Shown here: positions 49,269 to 58,245 of the stretch, piece after piece
Numbering within the stretch: the stretch's first letter is position 1
Layout of the letters: every line of letters begins with the position of its first letter
DNA from: an uncultured bacterium
Lineage (GTDB): Bacteria; Acidobacteriota; HRBIN11; JAKEFK01
Direction of reading: 5' to 3'
Length of the DNA: 64,000 nt
Assembly: GCA_963777505.1 (NCBI GenBank)
Contig: CAVZQN010000001.1
Coordinates: 192,001 to 256,000 of the forward strand
Notes under the pieces: generated by a model
Seen by the model: the letters and a program-made list of their open reading frames with translations, nothing else
Told to the model about the DNA's origin: nothing
The model's database searches: none
Translations under genes and position numbers: made by a program

Positions 49269-50576
49269 ATGCCGAAATATATCCGCTTGAATACTCGAAT
49301 TCCCGGCCCTAAGTCCCGGGAATTGATGGAGTTTCGCAAGCAGCATGTTCCCTCGGGAATCTTCCATTCAACCCCAATTTTTATTGAATCAGCAACCGGT
49401 GCTCTGCTAAATGATGTTGATGGCAATACTCTGATCGACTTTGCCGGCGGAATTGGCACTCTTAATGCGGGACATTGCAATCCAGAAGTTGTAGAAGCCG
49501 CAATCAAACAAACGGCACGATTAACGCACACCTGTTTCAGTGTTGCGCCTTATGAGAGCTATATCCAGCTTGCCGAAACTTTGAACCGCATTACGCCAGG
49601 CAATTTTGTGAAGAAGACAATGCTGACCAACAGCGGCGCTGAAGCTGTTGAAAATGCAGTGAAGATTGCGCGTCATTATACAAAACGGGAAGGAGTCGTC
49701 GTTTTTGAGCACGCGTTTCACGGACGAACGTTGCTTACTATGAGCATGACGGGCAAAGTGAAGCCATACAAATTTGGTTTCGGTCCTTTTGCGCCGGAAA
49801 TTTACAGACTTCCCTATCCTTATGAATACAGAAACGAACCGATCGACCTCGAACAATTTTTCGGATCCAATGTTGCTCCTGAAAATGTGAGCTGCGTCGT
49901 TATTGAACCGGTGCTTGGAGAAGGCGGATTCGTTCCAGCACCTGGTGAGTATTTACGTAAAATCCAGGAAGTGTGCCGGAAATATGGAATTCTATTTATT
50001 GCAGATGAAGTGCAATCCGGATTCGGCCGGACTGGCGCTATGTTTGCCTGCGAACATTACGGAGTGGAACCAGATCTCATCGTGCTCGCAAAATCTCTAG
50101 CCGGCGGATTCCCTCTGAGTTCTGTCACAGGTCGCGCTGAAATAATGGATAGCGCGCAAGTCGGAGGGTTAGGCGGAACATTTGCCGGAAATCCTGTTAG
50201 TTGTGCAGCCGCTCTAGCCGCCATTCAATTCATTGAACGGGAAAATTTACCTGCACGCGCGCGCAAAATCGGCGAAATTGTGCGACAACGCTTCAATAAT
50301 TTCCATGAAAGAGATAATCGCATCGGTGATGTGCGCGGCTTGGGTGCGATGATGGCATTGGAATTTGTAAAAGATCGCCAATTCAAAGAACCAGATAAAG
50401 ATTTGACGAACGAACTTATACGACGGTGTTATGAGATGGGATTGATCTTAATTGCTGCCGGTACGTATGGGAATGTGATTCGAACCCTGATGCCACTGGT
50501 CATTGCAGATGATCAGTTGGAAGAAGGATTGGATGTGATAGACCATGCTCTCAAAGAATCATCTCGCTCCGTTTGA
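49269..50576 (+). CDS. gabT: 4-aminobutyrate--2-oxoglutarate transaminase
   Basis: IDFAGGIGTLNAGH, NSGAEAVENAVK, FHGRT, EPVLGEGGF, ADEVQSGFGRTG, AKSLAGG, GGTFAGNP. Confidence 0.9.
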   Translation: MPKYIRLNTRIPGPKSRELMEFRKQHVPSGIFHSTPIFIESATGALLNDVDGNTLIDFAGGIGTLNAGHCNPEVVEAAIKQTARLTHTCFSVAPYESYIQLAETLNRITPGNFVKKTMLTNSGAEAVENAVKIARHYTKREGVVVFEHAFHGRTLLTMSMTGKVKPYKFGFGPFAPEIYRLPYPYEYRNEPIDLEQFFGSNVAPENVSCVVIEPVLGEGGFVPAPGEYLRKIQEVCRKYGILFIADEVQSGFGRTGAMFACEHYGVEPDLIVLAKSLAGGFPLSSVTGRAEIMDSAQVGGLGGTFAGNPVSCAAALAAIQFIERENLPARARKIGEIVRQRFNNFHERDNRIGDVRGLGAMMALEFVKDRQFKEPDKDLTNELIRRCYEMGLILIAAGTYGNVIRTLMPLVIADDQLEEGLDVIDHALKESSRSV

Positions 50577-50653
50577 AGCTCGCGACTATTAGCAGTTGCA
50601 CTCGTTCAGTAACGATGCAACACGGCTAATTGAAGTTTCAAATTGGAGTGATT

Positions 50654-52027
50654 ATGAATGAAAAAGAAGTCTTAAAAGAGTCACAAAAATGGCTCAACAT
50701 CATCGGTTCCACGTCTCTTTCTGAGGAAGAAAAGCACGCCCTCATTCAGGAAACTGTCGAAAATTTTACGTTCTATTACAATCGCGGTTATCTGGACTAT
50801 AGAAAATCAGTCATTGAAATGCGCGAAGAACCTGCGCTTGAATGGATCGGAAGTGAATCGATATTGGAAGATATTCTTGGTAGAAAATTTATCGATTGTT
50901 TGGGCGGTTTCGGCATTTATAGTGCGGGTATTAAGCATCCAAAGGTTGTCAAAGCTGTAGCTGACCAGCTTCAAAGGATGCCCCTTTCAAGTCAAGAACT
51001 TTTAGATCCGCTGCGTGGGGCGCTTGCGAAGCTTCTCGGCGAAATTGCTCCGGGAGATTTGCAATACTGTTTCTTCATTAATAACGGGACAGATGCAGTT
51101 GAAGGCGCAATTAAGCTCGCACGTGTATATACAGGAAAAACCAATTTCATCAGTTCATTGCGAGGCTTCCATGGAAAAAGCTGCGGAGCTTTGAGCTTGA
51201 TGGGAAAATGGGAATTTCGTGAACCTTTTTTGCCACTTTTACCTGGCATTCAATTCGTTGAGTTTGGTGATGCAGATGCAGTAGAAGATGAATTGTACAA
51301 AGCTGATGCAACAGGCAAAGGCGTGGCAGCCGTCATTATGGAACCAGTCCAGGGTGAAGCAGGAGCAGTTGTACCGCCAGACGATTTTTGGCCGCGCATC
51401 CGAAAAGCATGTGATGAATATGGTGCATTACTGATCGCGGATGAAGTACAAACGGGAATGGGACGTACAGGCAAGATGTTTGGTGTTGAACATTACAACA
51501 CAGTTCCTGACGTAATGTGTCTTGGCAAAGCTCTCGGTGGTGGTGTGATGCCGCTTAGCGCGTTTATGTCTACGCCTAAAATCTGGCAACATCTTGAAAC
51601 AAATCCATTCATTCACACATCAACGTTCGGCGGAAATCCATTAGCCTGCGCAGCCGGTATTGCGGCAATCAATGTAACTCTAGAGGAAGATCTTCCAGGT
51701 CAGGCTTATAGAAAAGGGCGATATTTGCTTGGTGAATTGACGGCTTTGCAGATGCGTTATGACCGGCTAATTAAGAAGGCACAAGGAAAGGGTCTTCTGC
51801 TTGGAATGGAATTTGTAAACACTGAAATCGGTTACAAAACCGTAGCGGGGTTATTTAAGCGCGGCGTTCTTGTTGCAGGAACATTGACAAATTCCCGAGT
51901 TGTACGAATTGAACCTGCATTGAACATACCGGATCCAATGATTGATGAAATTTTGGAACGATTGGAAGATACTCTGAAAGACATCGATCGGAATACAACC
52001 ACCATCACACCCGAAGAAGACGATTAA
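50654..52027 (+). CDS. patA: Putrescine aminotransferase (class III)
   Basis: YNRGYLDYRKSV, FIDCLGGFGI, QELLDPLR, FHGKS, IHTSTFGGNP, AGTLTN - motifs I recognise from E. coli PatA/YgjG. Confidence 0.85.
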   Translation: MNEKEVLKESQKWLNIIGSTSLSEEEKHALIQETVENFTFYYNRGYLDYRKSVIEMREEPALEWIGSESILEDILGRKFIDCLGGFGIYSAGIKHPKVVKAVADQLQRMPLSSQELLDPLRGALAKLLGEIAPGDLQYCFFINNGTDAVEGAIKLARVYTGKTNFISSLRGFHGKSCGALSLMGKWEFREPFLPLLPGIQFVEFGDADAVEDELYKADATGKGVAAVIMEPVQGEAGAVVPPDDFWPRIRKACDEYGALLIADEVQTGMGRTGKMFGVEHYNTVPDVMCLGKALGGGVMPLSAFMSTPKIWQHLETNPFIHTSTFGGNPLACAAGIAAINVTLEEDLPGQAYRKGRYLLGELTALQMRYDRLIKKAQGKGLLLGMEFVNTEIGYKTVAGLFKRGVLVAGTLTNSRVVRIEPALNIPDPMIDEILERLEDTLKDIDRNTTTITPEEDD

Positions 52028-52041
52028 ATTCTGCTGAATCC

Positions 52042-52101
52042 GTAGAGGGCGGGCCTCAGTGCCCGCCGATGATTGGCGGGCAGTGACGAACCCGCCCCTA
52101 C
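52042..52101. repeat. Inverted REP doublet (GTAG family)
   Basis: GTAGAGGGCGGGCCTCAGTGCCCGCC-N7-GGCGGGCAGTGACGAACCCGCCCCTAC. Confidence 0.8.
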
Positions 52102-52178
52102 TATTCCGAAATAATCGCGTTTTACACCATTTCTATTGCTTCCGAATCCCGAAAAATGAAACACTGACTGTAATTCAA

Positions 52179-53243
52179 ATGAGCATCAGTTTTCGAAAGA
52201 CATTTGTGCTGGCGTTTGCACTTTGGAGCGCAATCAGTTTGATCTTCTTTGCGCAAGCCTATCTTGAATATCGCTCCTACGGAAAGTCACTGCCTATCCT
52301 TCGATCGCTTGGATGGGAAATGCTTGGCTGGTATCTCTGGGGAATTTTAACTCCATTTATCTTTGCTTTCGCAAAACGATTTCCTCCTCAAAAATACGTG
52401 CTTCTTCACCTGGGTGGAGTTCTTATTTTCGCAACGATTCATCTTGCGTTTCATGTCGGTCTATTCCGAATTGCAGAACATATTTTCGCTACTGTTTTAC
52501 CACCTTTGCAGATCCGACCTATCTCAAGATTGGCCTGGCGGATAATGATTTATTCCATAATCCTGTTAACGTGGTATGCGATTGATAGCCAAAAACGGGC
52601 GCGCAGTGAAGAAAAAAGAGTATCTGAACTTTCTGCTGAGTTATCCAGCGCACAACTTCAAACATTAAAAATGCAACTTCATCCGCATTTTTTATTTAAC
52701 ACATTGAACGCAATTTCAGAATTAATGCATCATGATATCCGTGCCGCAGATGAGATGATGGTTCGTCTTGGGGATTTCTTACGTTTAACTCTGGATCCAT
52801 CTATCTCGCAAGAAGTGACGCTTCAGAAAGAACTTGAATTCTTGAAACATTATCTTGAAATTGAGCAAGTTCGATTCAAAGATCGTTTGAAAATTGAAAT
52901 GCGGATTGAACCAGAAACGAGAGAGGCGCGAGTTCCATATCTGCTTCTGCAACCTGTTGTTGAAAATGCGATCAGACACGGCATCTCTGGAAAAGCGGAA
53001 GGTGGAACAATTCAAATTAGCGCCGAAAAGGAAGATCGATCGCTTTTGATTTATGTACAGGATAATGGCACCGGCATTATTGAACCTCAAGCTCCACTGA
53101 AAACAGGTGTTGGGTTAGCGAATACCCGGAGCCGTCTTGAAAAAATGTACGGTGATCGGTTTCAACTTGAACTCTCGAGTTTACCCGGATCCGGTACAAG
53201 TGTTCGTCTAATAATTCCTTTTGTGAAGGATCCTTTGCAATGA
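52179..53243 (+). CDS. LytS/YehU-type sensor histidine kinase
   Basis: About 4 TM; LKMQLHPHFLFNTLN, LEIEQVRF, QPVVENAIRHG, DNGTG, GVGLAN. Confidence 0.92.
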   Translation: MSISFRKTFVLAFALWSAISLIFFAQAYLEYRSYGKSLPILRSLGWEMLGWYLWGILTPFIFAFAKRFPPQKYVLLHLGGVLIFATIHLAFHVGLFRIAEHIFATVLPPLQIRPISRLAWRIMIYSIILLTWYAIDSQKRARSEEKRVSELSAELSSAQLQTLKMQLHPHFLFNTLNAISELMHHDIRAADEMMVRLGDFLRLTLDPSISQEVTLQKELEFLKHYLEIEQVRFKDRLKIEMRIEPETREARVPYLLLQPVVENAIRHGISGKAEGGTIQISAEKEDRSLLIYVQDNGTGIIEPQAPLKTGVGLANTRSRLEKMYGDRFQLELSSLPGSGTSVRLIIPFVKDPLQ

Positions 53244-54001
53244 AATCTTTGAGCGTTTTAGTGATTGATGATGAGCCACTCGCTCGCACACGCATGAAGC
53301 GGATGCTTCAGAATATTGGAGATATTGAAATTGCTGGTGAATGTACAAATGGCCGTCAAGCAGTTGAACAAATCCCGAAAATCAAACCCGATGTACTTTT
53401 GTTAGATGTACAAATGCCTGAAATGAATGGCTTTCAGGTATTGGAATCACTCGGGAAAAATATACCTTATGTAATTTTTGTCACTGCTTACGATCAATAT
53501 GCCATTCAAGCATTCGAAGTTTATGCACTGGATTATCTTTTGAAGCCTTTTAATGAAAACAGACTGGAACGTGCTCTGATACGCGCACGCAAACAAGTAG
53601 CTCTGGAAAATCAAACTGGCTTCTCAGATCAACTGACTGCATTGGTAAAAGAGTTGAAAGGAGAACCACACCTTGACAGACTTGTCATAAAAGATGAGCG
53701 CAAAATCTGGTTCGTTCCTATTGATTCGATTGATTGGATCGAAGCAGATGGCAAATATGTTCTGGTTCATGCAGGCAAAGAAGCTCATCTCCTGCGTGAG
53801 AGTTTAACTGCGCTGGAAACAAAATTGAACCCAAAAAAATTCACACGAATTCATCGTTCGAGTATTGTAAACATCGAACGCATCAAGGAAATGCAGCCCT
53901 GGTTTCATGGTGATTATCGAATTGTCCTGGACAATGGAAAAGAATTAATCCTTAGCCGCACTTACCGCAAAAAATTCCAGGAATTAATCGGGGATGGGTG
54001 A
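53240..54001 (+). CDS. LytTR family response regulator
   Basis: IDDEPLAR, LLDVQMP, TAYDQYA, DYLLKP, FTRIHRS. Confidence 0.94.
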   Translation: MKSLSVLVIDDEPLARTRMKRMLQNIGDIEIAGECTNGRQAVEQIPKIKPDVLLLDVQMPEMNGFQVLESLGKNIPYVIFVTAYDQYAIQAFEVYALDYLLKPFNENRLERALIRARKQVALENQTGFSDQLTALVKELKGEPHLDRLVIKDERKIWFVPIDSIDWIEADGKYVLVHAGKEAHLLRESLTALETKLNPKKFTRIHRSSIVNIERIKEMQPWFHGDYRIVLDNGKELILSRTYRKKFQELIGDG

Positions 54002-54003
54002 GC

Positions 54004-54147
54004 TCAACCGCAGAGACGCCAAGGCGCCAAGAAATTTAACCACGGATGACACAGATGAACACGGATAGCTGCTGCTTTCTCAAAGCTCTTATCCGTGTTC
54101 ATCCGTGTGTATCTGTGGTTAAAACAAACTTTGTGTCTTTGCGGTTC
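54004..54147. repeat. Nested nonamer-repeat palindrome (AACCGCAGAG/CGCCAAG outer, AACCACGGAT/ACACAGAT inner)
   Basis: Outer arms AACCGCAGAGACGCCAAG...CTTTGTGTCTTTGCGGTT; inner arms TTAACCACGGATGACACAGATGAACACGGATA...TATCCGTGTTCATCCGTGTGTATCTGTGGTTAA. Confidence 0.85.
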
Positions 54148-55168
54148 AAAGAGGACTGTAAGCCATTCCGTCTGGCTCTTTACCCGCTTTCAATTTTCCG
54201 GAAATCTTCCCTGTCTCCAGATCAAGGACCGTAATAAGGTCAGCATTGGCGTGTGCGATATATGCGCGTTTTCCATCTGGATGAATCAAAATGCCGACAG
54301 GAACTGAACTATTCCCGAATTGTCCACCAAATAATCTTCCGGTTGTATCAGAAGCTTCAACAGGAATCTGAATCTTCTGCAGTTCTTTTTTCTCTGCAGC
54401 ATCAAACACTGTTATATCGCCAGATTTTGCATTGGTAACATAGACACGTTTGCCATCCGGTGTCGATTTCGCACGGATCGGAAAAGATTTCGAATCCAAA
54501 GTTTTTACAACTTCCAATGAATTGGCGTCGACAACACTCACAGTATCAGACTCCCTATTTGTAACCCAAATCCAGGATCCATCCGGCGTAATGTCTATTC
54601 CTTCAGCTCCCTTTCCAGTTTCAATCGTCTTAACGACTTCACCTTTCGTCAAATCAATCACTGAAATCGTACCTGATCCGATACTTGCGACATAAGCTCG
54701 CGTCGCATCAGGGGATAAGCGCACCATATGAGAAACGTCTTGCCCGGTAATGATTTTCTTTTCTACTGTTCCCGTTTCAACATTGACTAACAACAATGCT
54801 TTGTTTTCTTCAGCAGTCACAGCGACACGTTTGCCATCTGGCATCCATTGAATTCCGTGCGGCCGTTTGTATTCGCCTAGATCCAAAGTCTTGATTGCTG
54901 AGCGTGAGCTGAGATCAATGACAGTCAGCGAATTGCCAGGAGCTTCAGCAGTACCATAATTTGTAGCCACGGCCAGCTTGCCGTCTTTGCTGACTGCTGC
55001 TTCATGGGGACCATTCCCGGTTTTAACTGTTGCGACTATAGCGCCAGACTTCAAATCAATGAGTGAAGCAGTCGCTTCAGCCTTATTTAACACAACCAGA
55101 GTTTCAGAAAAGCTCAGCGAGCTGAACCCCAAAAATACGAATAAGAAGAACAATGATTTTTTTCTCAT
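54146..55168 (-). CDS. YVTN/YncE-type beta-propeller protein, exported
   Basis: Signal peptide; repeated SPDGxxxYV(A/T)N..(S/T)VID blades. Confidence 0.88.
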   Translation of the reverse strand: MRKKSLFFLFVFLGFSSLSFSETLVVLNKAEATASLIDLKSGAIVATVKTGNGPHEAAVSKDGKLAVATNYGTAEAPGNSLTVIDLSSRSAIKTLDLGEYKRPHGIQWMPDGKRVAVTAEENKALLLVNVETGTVEKKIITGQDVSHMVRLSPDATRAYVASIGSGTISVIDLTKGEVVKTIETGKGAEGIDITPDGSWIWVTNRESDTVSVVDANSLEVVKTLDSKSFPIRAKSTPDGKRVYVTNAKSGDITVFDAAEKKELQKIQIPVEASDTTGRLFGGQFGNSSVPVGILIHPDGKRAYIAHANADLITVLDLETGKISGKLKAGKEPDGMAYSPL

Positions 55169-55196
55169 AATTTCCTCGTTCAAAGATTATAAACTG

Positions 55197-55331
55197 AACC
55201 GCCAAGACGCCAAGAAATTGAACACGGATTTAACCACGGATTACACAGATGAACACAGAAGGCCGCCGGCAGCAAGCTCCTGCTTTCTTAAAATTCTTAG
55301 TTAAAACCAATCTTGGCGACTTGGCTGTTGA
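55197..55331. repeat. Second nonamer-repeat composite (direct-repeat partner of 54004)
   Basis: AACCGCCAAGACGCCAAGAAATT...TTAACCACGGATTACACAGATGAACACAG...CTTGGCGACTTGGCTGTTGA. Confidence 0.8.
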
Positions 55332-55371
55332 GCTGCTTGCAACGTGTGAAGATTGCGTATACTTTGGACAT

Positions 55372-55833
55372 ATGCACGAAAAAGAAATTGATAAAAAAGC
55401 CGTTGTTAACATATTGAACCGCATTCTGGAAACAGAACTTGCGGGTGTTGTTCGTTATACCCATTACTCGTTAATGGTTTATGGTTACACTCGGATTCCA
55501 ATTGTTTCATGGTTGCGTGAGCAAGCAACAACTTCAATTGCACATGCTCAACAGGCCGGTGAACTCATCACGGCGCTTGGCGAACATCCATCACTCGGAA
55601 TGGGACCTCTGTTGGAAACACACAATCATGACATTGGTGCCATCTTGAAAGAATCGTTGGAATTTGAGCAGGATGGGCTGGCTCTTTACAGGCAATTGTT
55701 AGATCTTGTGCGCGACAGATCCATCACTCTTGAGGAGTACGCCCGGAAGTTAATTGCAGAAGAGCAGCTTCATGTCACTGAAGTAGACAAAATGCTGCGA
55801 AAACCTGGCGACGTTGCCTCAGTAACTTCTTAA
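55372..55833 (+). CDS. Bacterioferritin/ferritin-like protein
   Basis: LNRILETELAGVVRYTHY, HAQQAGE, E..GLALY, EEQLH. Confidence 0.85.
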   Translation: MHEKEIDKKAVVNILNRILETELAGVVRYTHYSLMVYGYTRIPIVSWLREQATTSIAHAQQAGELITALGEHPSLGMGPLLETHNHDIGAILKESLEFEQDGLALYRQLLDLVRDRSITLEEYARKLIAEEQLHVTEVDKMLRKPGDVASVTS

Positions 55834-55839
55834 TTAATA

Positions 55840-55864
55840 GGGCGACCACAAGGGTCGCCCCTAC
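55840..55864 (-). repeat. GTAG-type REP
   Basis: Reverse complement GTAG-GGGCGACC-CTTGT-GGTCGCCC, between convergent stop codons. Confidence 0.8.
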
Positions 55865-56778
55865 TAATCAACAATTTTGTGTTTGAATTTAAATTGCGGA
55901 CCATGCCCTTCTTCAATTTTATAATTTGAAGGCACCTGAAATAATGAAGCTTCGGGTTCCCCACGCTTAATATTTGTTAAGCGATAGATCGTTTCGCCAA
56001 AACGTGGATCTATGTGCCGTGTCATAACATAGAGTTTCAATTCTTCTGAGTACCATTTCTCAGTAATCGTTTCTATCGGACGTTCATTTCCAATCTCGCC
56101 TGCCGCAATTGTTCCAACTGTGCGAGATCCCTCAACCTCTACTCCTTCCATTGTCTGCTTTCCCAAAGATTCTTTTCGCTCATTTTCAGGCTTCATTCGC
56201 ATGCGCATCCTGTGACGAATCGCAGGTCCATGTCCAGGAGCCACAGATGCTTCATGATCACCTTCTTCAGAGGCACCTTTTTCTTTCCACCGAAATTCTC
56301 CTTTTTCAGAGAGCTTTATTTTTCTCGCAATTTGATTTTGAGTCTCCAACACATAATGAAATCCAGCAACAGGATCTTTAATAAAGATATGACGCTCAGG
56401 TGTCTCGGCAGAAACCCAGTTTCCGATCACACCAAATTCTTGTTCGCGCCGGATTCTGCCAGCGGAATCTCTAAATACCTGCGAATTATTTTTGTGAACG
56501 ATTCGATTTCCATCACTCAATGTTTGAATTCGTTCCGTTACTGCTTCAGCGGAGTAAGGAGCGCCTTTAACAACCTTGTCTCCCATTTCAAACAAAGATG
56601 AAATGAAGACAAAAGATCCGGGTGCAGGTACAGCCTCTTCAAAGGGCATCATCGCTACACCCTCTGGCGCAGTCGCAATTACCTCGCGTTCGATAATCAC
56701 ATCTTCTTCTGCTGCGATAGCAAAACTTGAAAACGTTAGAGACACTGCAAACAAAATCAATAATCTGATTGCTCTCAT
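55864..56778 (-). CDS. Secreted hypothetical protein (GAPYSAEAVTE family)
   Basis: Signal peptide; VKGAPYSAEAVTE..LSDGNRI, RDSAGRIRRE, ESLG..GV..EG, WYSEEL, EPEASLFQVP. Confidence 0.75.
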   Translation of the reverse strand: MRAIRLLILFAVSLTFSSFAIAAEEDVIIEREVIATAPEGVAMMPFEEAVPAPGSFVFISSLFEMGDKVVKGAPYSAEAVTERIQTLSDGNRIVHKNNSQVFRDSAGRIRREQEFGVIGNWVSAETPERHIFIKDPVAGFHYVLETQNQIARKIKLSEKGEFRWKEKGASEEGDHEASVAPGHGPAIRHRMRMRMKPENERKESLGKQTMEGVEVEGSRTVGTIAAGEIGNERPIETITEKWYSEELKLYVMTRHIDPRFGETIYRLTNIKRGEPEASLFQVPSNYKIEEGHGPQFKFKHKIVD

Positions 56779-56795
56779 TAAAACCTCCTAATATT

Positions 56796-57371
56796 TCATT
56801 GATCTAAACTTACAAATCGAATCGCTTGAGGAAGGCCGTCATCACCTACTACGATGTCAGCCTGGATCGGCCGATCTTCCCATTCCGGCACTCGCGGGAA
56901 TCCCAACTCTTGAAGAGCCGATGATTCCAGTTCAATCCGTACAACCTGCCAGCTATTTACAGGATGATTATCATACTGAAGCTGAATGAATTCGCCGTCA
57001 TACTCAACGCTTTGAACATCTTTAGTTGCTACCTGACTACGAGAGTCAATCGATCGGTACCACATCCATCCACCCAAAACTGCAAGAATCAGTACTGCAG
57101 CACGTGCCCACAAAAGGAAATTGAGATTCCGTTTGTTAGAACTTTGCGAATTACGAAAAGCATTTAGAAGAACTGCTGGAATATTTTCTGCATGCTGCGG
57201 ATTCGGAACGCGATTCAACATTTTTAGTTTTTCGCTTAGCTCTCGCTGTTCCTCTAGCTCGGCGGAGCATTGACTGCATTCTTTCGCATGCATAAGCGCA
57301 TCATGCGATTGATCGCTTTGTAGACCGCGCGCAAGATCAAAAAGAATTGGTTTCCAATGTTGGCAGTTCAT
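56796..57371 (-). CDS. Putative anti-sigma factor (zinc-finger HxxxCxxC + TM)
   Basis: MNC...HAKECSQC, single TM, small extracytoplasmic domain; overlaps the sigma gene. Confidence 0.78.
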   Translation of the reverse strand: MNCQHWKPILFDLARGLQSDQSHDALMHAKECSQCSAELEEQRELSEKLKMLNRVPNPQHAENIPAVLLNAFRNSQSSNKRNLNFLLWARAAVLILAVLGGWMWYRSIDSRSQVATKDVQSVEYDGEFIQLQYDNHPVNSWQVVRIELESSALQELGFPRVPEWEDRPIQADIVVGDDGLPQAIRFVSLDQ

Positions 57372-57933
57372 ATTTGCTTACTCCATTGCCTTTTCCGAGA
57401 CCTTCCCGCAGGTTCTTTGCAAGAATGGATCGCCCTCGATGCAAGCGCGATCGCACAGTTCCAACAGCGCAATCAAGAATTTGCGCAGCCTGTTCATAAC
57501 TGAATTCATGAATTTCACAAAGAATAATGACTTCCCGATAGTGTTCAGGTAACAATTGAATCGCACTACGCAATTTCGAGATTTCTTCTGCTTTTGAATA
57601 CTGCATAAGAGGATTAACATCACTTCCCGCAAACTCCGTTTCCAAAGAAGCGACGTCTTCTCTCTTGTTTTCCCGTAACCATCGGAGAATGTGATTGCGT
57701 GCGATTCCGTAAATAAACGACAAAGCAGCACCCCGTTGAACATCAAATGCTGCAGCGTTTTTGATGAGTGTCATAAATACGTTTTGCGCCACGTCCTCAG
57801 TACTGTTTGAGGGGATCCCCATGTGTCTGACAAAGCCTCTCACTCCTGAGACATAGCGCGTGTAAATCAATGTAAATGCGTCCTCATCGCCATCTTTAAC
57901 TCTCGATAACAGATCTTCAGGCGTATCCGTCAA
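57337..57933 (-). CDS. ECF RNA polymerase sigma factor
   Basis: GDEDAF, EDVAQNVF, GIARN, LPEHYREVIIL..SYEQAA..GTVRSRLHRGR; GAAGGA SD before TTG 57933. Confidence 0.92.
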   Translation of the reverse strand: MTDTPEDLLSRVKDGDEDAFTLIYTRYVSGVRGFVRHMGIPSNSTEDVAQNVFMTLIKNAAAFDVQRGAALSFIYGIARNHILRWLRENKREDVASLETEFAGSDVNPLMQYSKAEEISKLRSAIQLLPEHYREVIILCEIHEFSYEQAAQILDCAVGTVRSRLHRGRSILAKNLREGLGKGNGVSKYELPTLETNSF

Positions 57934-57952
57934 TGTTGATCCTTCATCTGTA

Positions 57953-57980
57953 TATTGCCACTTAGGGAGCAAAAAGTTCC
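57953..57980 (-). promoter_or_regulatory. Putative ECF autoregulatory promoter
   Basis: GGAACT-N16-GCAAT upstream of the sigma gene. Confidence 0.45.
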
Positions 57981-58052
57981 CATTGGTAAGACTAATTTTT
58001 TAACCACAAAGTAACACGTGGCCGCGCAGCGGCCGAACAGAAATGAATGAAA

Positions 58053-58207
58053 TAGCCCCCAGCGTAAGCTGGGGGTCAATTGGGATGTAATGATTTAGCC
58101 CGCCGGAAGGCGGGCGTAAGAGCCTTCATAGTAAATGGTCTTTCGCCCGCTTGAAGCGGGCTGGTTCTTTTCTAATCCTTTTTACCCCCGGCTTACGCCG
58201 GGGGCTA
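58053..58207. repeat. 155-bp inverted four-hairpin element (MITE/REPIN-like)
   Basis: TAGCCCCCAGCGTAAGCTGGGGG..AGCCCGCCGGAAGGCGGGCG | CGCCCGCTTGAAGCGGGCT..CCCCCGGCTTACGCCGGGGGCTA. Confidence 0.85.
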
Positions 58208-58245
58208 GCGATTTTCAAAGCAGACACAGAGTACAATGGTTATAT

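Noticed and set aside
54004-55331. CRISPR array
   Set aside because: Units are 9-mers in inverted arms with no regular unique spacers; no cas genes
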